Positions 12,471-24,290 of a stretch of DNA of 64,000 nt are shown here, one piece after another; within the stretch, counting starts at the first letter, position 1, and each line of letters opens with the position of its first letter. The stretch comes from the human T2T-CHM13v2.0 reference genome, Homo sapiens. Location: the NCBI RefSeq assembly GCF_009914755.1, contig NC_060926.1; one strand, given 5' to 3'. Both the position numbers and the translations under genes were made by a program. The notes below the pieces were generated by a model. That model did no database searches and had not been told where the DNA came from. It worked only from the letters and a program-made list of their open reading frames with translations.

Positions 12471-14333
12471 CTAGAGTGCTTCTTTGGTTTCTTTGGGGCC
12501 AGTCACATCTACAGTCTAGTTTGATTTTAGCGAATGAAAACTGCTGCACTTCATTTTCCTTCAGTACCATTTGCCTCTGGATCTTGATGCTTCCCATATC
12601 ATCTGTACCTCTGGGAGGGCAGCTTCCAACCTCAGAGCATGTCAGTGGTATGCAGGCTCCCAGCGAATGGAAGCACTCTTGTTTTCTGTAATTGTACACT
12701 TATTAGGTCACAAGGCATCATCAAACCAAGCTGTCTTTTGTCGGAATCCCCACTGGACAGTTTGGTCTCAGTATCAATACTGGAAATGTTAGTCTGGTAA
12801 ACAGCCTTTAACAGGGAAGAAGGAGGCTGAGAACGAAGTCTCCTTCAAATGAAACTCTAGAGGATGAGAGTGAACCGAGTCAACATCTTACTTTAAATCC
12901 CCTGGAGTAGCTATGAAAGAGAGAAGACTTGCTGGATTGAGGAGAAAAAAAACACTTTGATTCATCTGAATTAATTTCACCTCTCCCAGGAGGGAGGATT
13001 CTTTCACCACCCTCCTGTTCTCCACCAACTGCATGCAGCTCCACAATCCCCAAAGACAAAAGACTAAACTATAGTGGGCAGAGCTCACACTTCCTCCTTT
13101 CTCCACTTAAATCCATTTGTCCTGGGGTCACTGATCCTTGGAATGTCCTTGGGCTTTGATCGTTAACCCACACACATCTGAAGGAGTGGGTAGCTAGTGC
13201 TCAGAGTGAGGACAATGCCTTTGTCCTTTGACAGCACTGATGCAGTTATGAGCTCTTGGACATAGCAGACTGTGGGGTTTGGGCGAAAAATGTGAAACCA
13301 GCTTTACACTTATAAAGCTGCATGCCAACTAGCATCACCCTCCACCTTGCCTTGAGCCCTCTGTCCTCATTTTTTGAAGGTGGATCCACCAGGATGGTAA
13401 TTTGATTGTGTTTTAGGAGTCTCAGGCAGAGGCTGCTGTGGGTTGTAAGGGTTGACTTTTAGCCCATAAAAGATGGCTGTCCCCCATCCAGATCCATTTA
13501 TCTGTCCCCTTTATAGAAATGGCCCCTCGCCCCTCTTTTGTCTGGAACAGATCAGCACCCACCATGAGGGTTCAGGATGATACGGCAGGGTCACATGAGT
13601 GCTGCCATGCAGGGCCATCTTTATTCAAGTACGGCTTGCTCCAGGCTGACTGCAGGTGGCAGAATAGTGCCATCCTGGGAGACAAGTGGCAGTGAACACT
13701 CCATGGTTCCTGCTCCATTGCAGAGCCACGTGGAGTTAATGATTTTCTAGTTCAAACCTCTCAGCTTAAAGGTGAGGAAACTGAGGCCCAAAGAAGTCAA
13801 GGATGTTGCTCAAAGTCACAGAGGCCATTAGTGATAGAGCCCAAATAGGAACTAAGACCACAAGTAGAAGCATTCCTCTGTTTACTGAAGAATTTGCCAT
13901 CCTCTTTATCAACCTGCCTCAGGACCTGACTCAACAGAGAACACTGGACTCGGAGTCGGGCCTGGGCACCAGTCCCAATTCCGATTCCAACTTGCTGGCA
14001 CTTCACCGTTTTGATTCTGTTTCTCCCCTTATAACAGGACAGGAGTGGTAAATGATGATAAGGCCTGTCCTACCTACCTTGCAGGTTTTCTTGTTAATAA
14101 GGATAAAATAAAAGTGGGGAAAGTAAGGCAAAGTCTATCATATAAGAGAACATGCTATATACATGTAAAACCAAACTGTTATTTGGGGGAAATGTGAGTT
14201 GTTCAATTTTATTTTTCCTCCAGACACTGGGGGTAGCCAACCAGGCCATACCAGTGGTCCCGAGACAAGTGTTCAGTAGCCTCTTCATCCCTTGGAGAAG
14301 CTTGTAAACTGCAGAAAGTGTGTAACCTGCAGA

Positions 14334-14375
14334 GTGTGTGTGTGTGTGTGTGCACGTGCGTGCACGTGCACATAT
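14334..14375. repeat. 42-bp perfect purine-pyrimidine alternating tract ((TG)n plus tgcacgtgc repeats)
   Basis: gtgtgtgtgtgtgtgtgtgcacgtgcgtgcacgtgcacatat. Confidence 0.85.
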
Positions 14376-14497
14376 CGGTGTGTGGGCACATCTGCATGTG
14401 TGTCTTGGGTAAAAGGCACGGGGAAAGGGAAGGCATGATTTCTTTTTCATTTTAGCTGATAGAGGAGAAGGGTATTGGGGGAGATGCATAGAGCCTA

Positions 14498-14686
<189 letters not shown>

Positions 14687-14850
14687 TCAGAGGACAAGGT
14701 ATGATTGCTGAAAGGTCCCCTTTCTGGAATTCTCCACTGAAGTTTCAAGGACCTTATAAGAGACTCAGCTGAGTTCAGCCTGGTGAGAAGAGCTGGATGC
14801 CCACCACCTGTCTCACCAAGAGGCTTTCAATGAAGTTCAAGTATCCCATT

Positions 14851-15951
14851 TCCTAGGATAACTGAACGAATCTGTTAATTTTTTTTCTTGGGCAGGGACA
14901 ACTGATGGGCAGTTTTGGAACTTTGTTCAGGTTGATGTTATCATCCTACCTTTCACAAGATTCTGCCTGTAAGGTGATATCAAGATCAATGGGGTAGTAA
15001 ATGAACTTCCTAAAGAGTAGCCAAAGATTCTTGCCTGTGGCCCCAATTTACTTTGTGACCTTGGACAAATGATTTTGTGACTCAGTTTCTTTTAGTGATT
15101 TAGGTATCATAGATTTTTCTCTCTTCCCCAAAGACTCTAATAATCTCATTTGAATGGTGTCATGTCACATGTCAGCTAACTAAAGACCCAATGACTTGAT
15201 ACCTGTGGCCACTGGCAGGCAAAGGCCAGACAAAAATCTACATATCAAGATCTTTTAATATGGGCATCTTTCGAAGAGGATGCCCACTTCGCCAAAAGGA
15301 AGTTACAACTGTGTTTTTCATTGTGTCTTTATTAAAAGTTTCTGTGGCATTGTTCCTAAACATTTGAAAGAAAATTGTAACTAATAACCTTTGTAAGAAA
15401 GTTTAAGTACGATCATATTCAGAGGTAGGACATACTATAAACAAGGTTTCTGGTCTTTGTGTTTAAAAACCTAGGACAACTATATCATATCATTGCCTAA
15501 AATAATCCTGTAAGAAAAAATGGTGGTTATTGTAGAAAGAAAGGTAAAATATGTCTTATGGTAAACTGGCAGTTTCGTCAGAGTAAAGGTACCCCCTTTT
15601 TACTGATTCTCTCTGAATACCTGCTTCTTTGTAAATTACCACTCCTTTGTCTTCCAGTCCTTGATACATGGTTGCCTCACAATTTGATTGAAGAGGTTAA
15701 GAACCATGACTCACGGCAGCCCCAAACTTCCCACTTTCTTGCATACAAACCCTTCACTAATAAGGTCACACCAGGGCATTGGGGCCCCCAGGGACTGATC
15801 TACTTCTGAGTCCCTGGACCTTGTAAGCCTGGTCTATAACCACAGACACTTCACTTACACCTTTCCCATTTCTCCATATCCTGGGTAGCAAATATGCATC
15901 TCTACTGAGACCTCCTAGGATAAATGAATGAATCTGTTAATTTTTTTTTCT
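14851..15951 (+). repeat. Pair of ~38-bp direct repeats (14851-14888 and 15913-15951)
   Basis: tcctaggataactgaacgaatctgttaatt(t)nct versus tcctaggataaatgaatgaatctgttaatt(t)nct: two substitutions and a 1-nt difference in the T-run. Confidence 0.85.
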
Positions 15952-17875
15952 GGCCTCACTTAGCTTTCTTGTACAAGCCATGATTGGAAATTTCAACTCT
16001 ACCCCTGCTAACTGTAAACCCTTTCAGCTCTCAGCCCATGCCATGCAGTGCCTAGCTTGGGATCACGATGCTTTCTCCTTTTGCTCCTTGGCTGAAGAAT
16101 ACTGCTAATTTGAACTTCCATGAATTCAGACTGTTGAGTCTCAATGCCCTGGATGTGAGGTGGTACTTGTTCATTCTCTCTTGATTTCCACAGTTGATTT
16201 CCAGACACACATAGTACAATGGGTGTTTCAAACTCTCCCTCGCATACTGACACTCTCACCCCCTGGTTCCCACCTCCTAATCCACTGATTTGATTTCTAC
16301 TTTACTGAGAAGATCTACTATGTCAGGAACAATCTCCTTCAGTCCCCTTCTCTCTTTTTTGTGGGCCCAGTGTTTATTTATCCTCCTTTCTTTTCCTTTT
16401 CTCTCTTAGAGGAAGCTGCATCCTTCACTGTCTTCCACGTTAGCCCAGCTCATTTTCTCTCCCCCAGTCCTTGCTCTTTTAGTTACTGCCCTCCTTTCCC
16501 TCCTTTCCCCAGCATCTCAGAGTCAATCTTTTGGCTCCTTTGTCTACAAATAAGATCAAGGTTCACCCATTCTGGAGAAATATCCTTTATTTCATCCTCT
16601 GGGCTCCTCTGGCTTGTAACCATTTCTTTGCCCCATTCAGATGCTCACATCTTGAACAGCTGGGATGTAACTGCTGCCGCTAGTTACTTGTTGCTCATTC
16701 TTTCTTTAAGTTCTTTCAACCTGGTTTCTAGATAATCTCCTCATTACTCTAGCAAAATAGAGTACCCATGTCCTTTATAACTCTTTGAACTCTTCAGAGT
16801 CTCCTAAAGTGCCTCTCCCTCTCCACTCTTTCTCTCTTCCGAATTCTCTTGTATATTTCTATCACATTCTCCTGTTGATCATGCTCATCTGTGACTTGGG
16901 CTCAACAACTGTCGATGGTTTCTCATGCCCTGTCAAAAATTATGGCATTTACATTCCTCTATTATCTGAGGAAATCAACTTTTTCATCATTCAACAAATA
17001 TTTGTTAAGCACCTATGCTGGGTCACATGAATTCTCCATTTCAGAATGGTCTAAGACCTCTAGAATCAGAGAGTTCTGAATTCAAAACCTGTTTTTACCA
17101 CTTTGGCCTAGTTATTTAATCATTTTGAAGCTCAGTTTCCTATTCTCTAAGATGAGAATAGTTTTATCTCTTATAGGGTTATAGGGACTGTTAACTGAAA
17201 TAATAATTGATGTAACAAAATATTAAAAAGGCATTTTGGCTGAAGCATGGAGGCAGTGGGTGCTGCATTTCAAAGGGAAGTGTAAGAGCACAAGGTTGCA
17301 GAACTTTCAAGAGAGGTGGATAAAAATGAATGACATAATTCTTAACCCTTCACTCATACTTTGCATATTACAAAATGCTGGAGGTTGACTATTAGGAGAG
17401 AGTTTTTGGAAGGTGCTTTTGGCATACCACGAGTTCCATTTCACTCTCCTGCTAAGAAGAAGGTGGGAAGGGTGTTCCATCTTTATCTCAAGTCAAGAGA
17501 GAATGGTTTTATGATACCATATCAAGGACTTGATACTTACCCCTGCAGTTTTGGAAACACGGTGGATTAGTGTCTGTCTCCTACCTGGAAGGTCTAAAGT
17601 TTGAACTAGGGGCTGGCTAGCTGCTCTGATGGCAGAACAAGGCAAGGTGGCAGCATCGGGTGGCCTACACTCCCAGAGTTTGCTGGGGCAGAAATGCATG
17701 AGTGTTGCATATGGGTGGGAGGAGAACCATGTATAGGGGAGCCCATGCAGGGTCACTGTAGATCTTGCCTAAGAGGAAGGTAAATAGACAATAGTAGGAA
17801 GAAGCTGCCGGTATCTTGAGATGCCCGAGTGGAGGAAGGTGGAAGTGACCACCTATAATAGAGATGCACATACCC

Positions 17876-18192
<317 letters not shown>

Positions 18193-19843
18193 CTAAGTCA
18201 AGGCGAAAAATTCTAAGCCATGGTGGAGGGGATGAGGAGAAAGGTGGATCTACAAAGGAACCCCAAAAGCCCCTGTGTGAGAAACAGTAAGCCTTGGACA
18301 TTTGTTACATCCAGAGAACACCAATGCAAGATTACCCAACAGTCTCCAATAAGAACTTTCTTGCTCCCCTGAAATCCTTTCTGTGTCTATGCTTACAACC
18401 CCAACAAGTCAGAAGTCAACAAGATGACAGAAGAGGAGGAGAGGTTGGGTGGAGAACTAGAGAGGCCACTGACCACACCCTTTCTCTCATTTCAGGCTTT
18501 CCATCTGCAATAGGACCAAGTTTGGAGGCGGCAGGAGAGGGCAAGAAGTGATGACTTTAAAGCAAGATTGAAATTGTGACTGGATGAGCATGCTGATTAC
18601 TAAAAAGCCTGTGTTTTGCATTTTTAAGTGACTGAAGAACTGTCTGCATTACCTTCCAGTGACCAGAGAAGTAGTCTGTCAGTTTTCACCTAGCAATCCA
18701 CACAAGGAAGCTGAATGAATGCGGGTTCCAGACTCCCCTACACCAGTCTACTTGCCAGATTTGCACCTGACTTGCATTTCTCTGCTTCTATACTTTTTAT
18801 TCTTTTGTTTTCTCTACCTGCTTTTTCCTTCTGTCTTCTTAAAAAATGAGATCTCTTTCCTTTTCAGGAGGACTTTTTCTTTTCATCCATCTCAGAAACC
18901 ACTTCCTCCTCCTCTTAAATCTTCTAAGGTTATTGGGACCTGCTGCCTTGTCTTCTCTCTCTACCCTTGGTCATGAATTCCTTCAAGGCAGGGACTGTCT
19001 TATTCATCTTATGTTCACAGTGGCTGTCAAGCAAGGGCACGTTGTAGGAACCAATCAATGTCAGCATGAATAAAATTGCATATCTATATAGGGAGACACT
19101 CTCATCTTTGCCAGGCTTTCCTCTTAGAGGTAGTCAATCAACTTTCCATCCTAGGAAGCTCCTTGGCACTTTCTTACATTCTATGGGTCAGGGACCAGGG
19201 AAGGGGAGAAGTTCCTCACTTTCCAGCCACTTGGCTATATTCTAAACTGCCCCCTCCTCAGCTGCTCCCTGGAACTTTACAGTTTAAAGTAGAGTCTGCT
19301 GATGGTATGAGCATGTCAGCAAGATGCAGCCCTGTCTTGTCTATTCTGGGACCAGGGGCCAGCCAGCAGCTGAGCTCTCTCCATCTTCCTGTTCTGTGTT
19401 TTAGGCCAATCAGGCCGGGCAAAAGAGAGAGAACTGGACTGGCCACCCAGGGATGGTGTGAAGGCTATGGCATCCTTAGCCTTCTGAGGCAATCCACCAG
19501 GATCCTTCCTGAGATTAGTCCTTAAGGGAGATCATCATCTACTCACTCGCAGATAGTTACTGCACTCCTACTCTTTGCTGCATACTCTGTTCTTGAAGAT
19601 GAGCTCCTGCCCTCATGGAGCTTATCATCCAGCCAGGAAGATAGAATTTAAATGAATGATTACAAATGTTCTGATTGTAGCAAAAGGTGAAGTAATTGGA
19701 GCCACTTGACAGTCAGGACATATGACACAAGATAATCGAGGCAAGACACATGACATCACACAGTAAAGACTTAGGTCCAGACAGCCACTGGACCCAACTG
19801 TTCAGAGCTACGAACAAATAGGAGAATTAAATAATTAACTTCC

Positions 19844-20141
19844 GGCCGGGTGCGGTGGCTCACGCCTGTAATCCCAGCACTTTGGGAGGCCGAGGCAGGT
19901 GGATCACCTGAGGTCAGGAGTTCGAGATCAGCCTGGCCAATATGGTGAAACCCTGCCTCTACTGAAAATACAAAAATTAGCTGGGTGTGGTGGCAGGCAC
20001 CTGTAATCCCAGCTACTTGGGAGGCTGAGGCAGGAGAATTGCTTCAACCCGGGAGGCGGAGGTTGCAGTGAGCCGAGATTGCGTCACTGCACTCCAGCCT
20101 GGGGGACAAGAGCAAGACTTCGTCTCAAAGAGAAAAAAAAA
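19844..20141 (+). mobile_element. Alu (AluSq/Sx-like)
   Basis: Full dimer starting ggccgggtgcgg; TSD aattaac. Confidence 0.95.
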
Positions 20142-20416
20142 GAATTAACCTTCTTTCATCTTATAATGATACCTCCTATGTTTATAGCAGAAGACACTCA
20201 ACTACAGCCACAACTCAAGCCAAGGCATGCACTCTCTGAGTTTCAACAATGTCTCATTCTAGAAATAGATGCAAAAGGCCTGGAATAAGATTGCAAACTG
20301 GCAGTCAGTGAATGGCTAGCAAATGTGTATTTTTTGGCCATTTTTTTTCATCCACTGAGTGTTCAGTAAGGGAGTATATCCAGGCAGATGTTCTTTCTCA
20401 GGATATAAGCAGTCCA

Positions 20417-21646
20417 CTGGCTAGCCATAGGCAGAAGAATGAAACTGGATCCCACCTCTCGCCATATACAAAAATTAATTCAAGATGTATTAAAGACTGA
20501 AATGTAAGACATCAAACTATAAAAATCCTAGAAGAAAACCTAGGAATAACTCTTTTGGACATTGGCCTAGGCAAAGAATTTATGACTAAGACCATAAAAG
20601 CAAATGCAACAAAAACAAAAATTGACAATGGGGACCTAACTAAAGAGCTTCTGCACAACAAAAGAAACTATAAACAGAGTTTATAACAGCCTACAGAATG
20701 GGAGAAAATATTTGCAAACTATGCATCCAAGAAGGGATTAATATCCAGAACCTATAAGGAACTTAAACAAATCAAGAAAAAACCAAATAACTTCATTAAA
20801 AATAACACCTTTGCCCTTTGTCTGGGCAAAGGACATTAATAGACACTTCTCAAAAGAAGACATACAACCAGCCAATACACATATGAAAAACTGCTCAACA
20901 ACGCTAACCACCAGAGAAATGCAAATCAAAACCAATGAGATACCATCTCACACCAGTCAGAATGGCTATTATTAAAAGGTAAAAAAAGAAAAGATCTTGG
21001 TGAAGATACATAGAAAAGAGAATGCTTACACACTGTTGGTTGGAATGTAAATTAGTTCAGTTGCTGTGGAAAACAGTATGGAGATTTCTCAAAGAACTAA
21101 AAACAGAACTACCATTCAACTCAGAAATCTCACCACTGGGTGTCCACCCAAAGGAAAATAAATCATTTTACCATAAAGACACCTGCAGTCACATGTTTAC
21201 CGCAGCACGATTCACAATAGCAAAGTCATAGAATCAACCTACGTGTCCCTCAATGGTGCATCGGATAAAGAAAATGTGGTACATATATACCATGGAATAC
21301 TACAGAGCCATAAAAAAGAAAGAAGTCATGTCCTTTGCAGCAACGTGGATGCAGCTGGAGGCCATTATCTTAAGTGAGTTAATGTAGAAACAGAAAATCA
21401 AATACCGTATGTGCTCACTTATGAGTGGGGGCTAAACAATGAGTCCACATGGACTTAAAGAAGAAAACAATAGATACTGGGGACTCTAAAAGGTGGGAGA
21501 GTAGGGGGAAAAGGACGAAAAACTACCTACTGGGTAGTAAACTCACTATTTGGGTGATGGGTGCAATAGATGCCCAAACCCCAGCATTATGCTATTGCAT
21601 AACGTAACAAACCTGCATGTTTATCCCCTGAATCTAGGAAAAAAAA
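20417..21646 (+). mobile_element. 5'-truncated L1 (L1PB-like): end of ORF2 plus 3'UTR
   Basis: L1 ORF2 3' motifs (agaagaatgaaactggatccc, taccatctcacaccagtcagaatggctattatt), a short A tail, and a 15-bp TSD gata(t/c)aagcagtcca at 20402-20416 and 21647-21661. Confidence 0.92.
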
Positions 21647-21823
21647 GATACAAGCAGTCCAGAGCCTATGTCTGTCCCTTGGCCTACTTCTCACCTGTAG
21701 TTATAATCGTAGTTTCTTCCACATTGTGCCTCTAAGAGCCAGTCAGTGGTTTCCTGCTTAGAGTGTGGTCCTCAGACTGGTAGCATCAGTGTTACCTGGG
21801 ACCTTGTTAGAAATGCAGAATCT

Positions 21824-22132
21824 GGCTGGGCGCGGTGGCTTGTGCCTGTAATCCCAGCACTTTGGGAGGCTGAGGTGGGCAGATCACAAGGTCAGGAGTT
21901 CTAGACCAGCCTGGTCAATATGGTGAAACCCTGTCTCTACTAAAAGTACAAAAATTAGCCAGGTGTGGTGGTAGGTGCCTGTAGTCCCAGCTACTCAGGA
22001 GGCTGAGGCAGGAAATCACTTGAACCTGGGAGGCGGAGGTTGTAGTGAGCTGAGATGGTGCCACTGCACTCCAGCCTGGGCAATAGAGCAAGACTGTGTC
22101 TAAAAAAAAAAAAAAAAAAAAGAAAAGAAAAA
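21824..22132 (+). mobile_element. Alu (AluSg-like) inserted into a MER5A
   Basis: Perfect 15-bp TSD agaaatgcagaatct (21809-21823 and 22133-22147); this TSD is itself MER5A sequence, and the host element starts near 21745. Confidence 0.95.
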
Positions 22133-22507
22133 AGAAATGCAGAATCTCTGGCCTGATGCCAAATCCCTGTCCCTGTGCTCCTGTGACTCATCCCATGACC
22201 TTTCCAGAATGCACTGGAACCACCTGCCCTTTGCATCAACATTCATTCTTCAGTGGCTTGTCAAACCATCCTCTTTTCTTGTCTGCTGACTATGGCATAA
22301 TTTGGAGTCTGTGCTTCAAGGCCAATGTGTATTAACTGTGTGACCTTAAGCCAACCACTTACCTCCTCTGAACCTGTATTTTGTTATAGACAAACTTGTG
22401 ATAATAACCACCACCCCTTCCCTGCCTGCCTCAAAAGGGGATTATGAAGTATGAGATGAAGAATGTGGAAGTAGAGCTCCTGTGATATTGTGAATGACAT
22501 GGTGAAA

Positions 22508-22680
22508 CCAGTGGTTTTCAACCTGGGGTGCAAATTAGAATCAGCTTTCCAGACGACTAATGTCTGGGCACCACTCCAGAGACTCTGATTTAAGTAGATG
22601 TGGGTAGGTCCTGGGCATCGGCAGATTTTAAAATTTCTCCACGTGTTTCTAAAGTGCAGCCTGGGTAGAGACCTCTGGGG
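22508..22680 (+). mobile_element. MER5-family MITE
   Basis: ccagtggttttcaacctgg...ttagaatca...gactctgatttaa...aaagtgcagcc. Confidence 0.65.
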
Positions 22681-23315
22681 AGCTGGGTTACTTAGTGCAG
22701 GAAGTGCCTGACCCTCTCAGTGAGGGGTCCATTTTCATCTTGGACTTTGAGTAAGAGGCAATTCTTAATAACTTACAAATGGCTTAAAATGTGCCCACCA
22801 TCACCAAGGTGTAGAGGGGGCGATTTTCCTGCAGCGGGGAGTCTGCTGCCGTCAGCTAAGGGCCTTCTTGGGGCTGTTACATCGCCTCTAGAAAAAGACT
22901 GAGAATAACCGAGAGAGAGAAAAAGAGAGAGAGACCCCGTGAGCAGTAATGACCCGAGGATGTATACGGGGCTAGAACTACCCTCTTGGACCTGCAGATA
23001 AGGTTTTTACCAATTTCTTAATTAGAAGACCTGGAGGCCTGGTATCAGTTCTTACTGAGTATTCCTTGTTGATCACATGTGTCTAACATTAGACAGCACT
23101 CACTGTATGTGGTTCCTAGAGCAGACTGCAGGCTCAAGTCCCTCTCAAAGACCTTCATTTCCCTTACACAGTCCTTGGTTAGAGGTCCCTTGATATCATT
23201 TTATGTAAATACCCATGCCAAGTATACCCAGCTTGATCTTGGCAGTCAAGGTTCTGGTCCAAAAACACCCTTAGAATTCCATCTTAAGACCTATTTCTAT
23301 CTGGGTGGCCTACAG

Positions 23316-23722
23316 CAGAGGTCCTCAACCTTTCTGACACCAGAGACCAGTTTCGTGGAAGACAACTTTTCCACAGACCAGGGGCTGGGGGTTGGGGGGT
23401 AGTTTCAGGATGATTCAAGCACATTACATATATCGTGCACTTTATTTCTATTATTATTACATTGTAATAAATAATGGAATAATTATACAACTCACCATAA
23501 TGTCAGATCAGTGCAATAGGGCTCGCACTTCTATGAGAATCTAGTGCCACTGCTGATCTGACAGGAGGCAGAGCTCTGGCAGTAACGCGAGGGATGGCGA
23601 GTGGGTGTAAATACAGATGAAGTTTTGCTCACTTGCCTGCCACTCACCTCCTGCTGTGTGGCCTGGTTCCTAATAGGCCACAGAGCAGTACTGGTCGGTG
23701 GCCTGGGGGTTGGGGACCCCTG
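23316..23722 (+). mobile_element. MER1A-like hAT-Charlie DNA transposon with TIRs and 8-bp TSD
   Basis: TIRs cagaggtcctcaacc and ggttggggacccctg; TSD gcctacag (23308-23315) and gcctactg (23723-23730); internal sequence matches MER1. Confidence 0.88.
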
Positions 23723-24049
23723 GCCTACTGGATATGAAGTCATTTGTTAATTGACTCTTTACTGAATGCCAGGAAGCTGAACTAGGCGCTTGCACGTAGG
23801 CTTATCTCACTGTATACTGACAACATCCCTTTGTGTAGATATTATTCCACCCATTTTTCAGATGCAGAATTGAAGGCTTAGAGACGTTAAGTCAGTCACC
23901 CCTGGGCACTAAGCCCACAGGCTGCAGACCTGGAGTCCACACTATGCTCTGTGTTCTTTCTACCATACATGGAGTGCAATGCCCATGTAATATATTATGG
24001 TACTCCTTAAAGCTTTGGGGGCATATTGCAAAGATTTTCCAGATCTTTG

Positions 24050-24170
24050 TTGCTCAGTGTGTGGTCTTTGGATCAGCAATGTGGGCGCTACCTGGGAGCT
24101 TATTAGAAATTCAGGGTCTCAGGGCCTGCCCCAGCTCTTCTGAATCAGAATTTATATTTTAACAAGATCT
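24050..24170 (+). mobile_element. MER5A fragment
   Basis: tgctcagtgtgtggtc...acctgggagcttattagaaat...tgaatcagaat...attttaacaagatc. Confidence 0.65.
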
Positions 24171-24262
24171 TATCCTAGAAATACTTTCGTGCTGGAGAAA
24201 TTAGGGAGCTAGTGAATTTTAATGCATTTACAACCATTGTCCTTACCAGACAATTAACAGTC

Positions 24263-24290
24263 GTGTGTGTGTGTGTGTGTTTGTGTGTGT
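24263..24290. repeat. (TG)n microsatellite with one interruption
   Basis: Read directly from the sequence. Confidence 0.85.

Noticed and set aside
13648-13663. CTCF-like core actgcaggtggcag (a similar one lies near 26790)
   Set aside because: It mismatches the 5' CC of the motif and cannot be supported without a PWM score or ChIP data.
20738-21231. L1-derived ORFs as functional ORF2
   Set aside because: The element is 5'-truncated (about 1.2 kb) with stops and frameshifts, so it is a dead copy.
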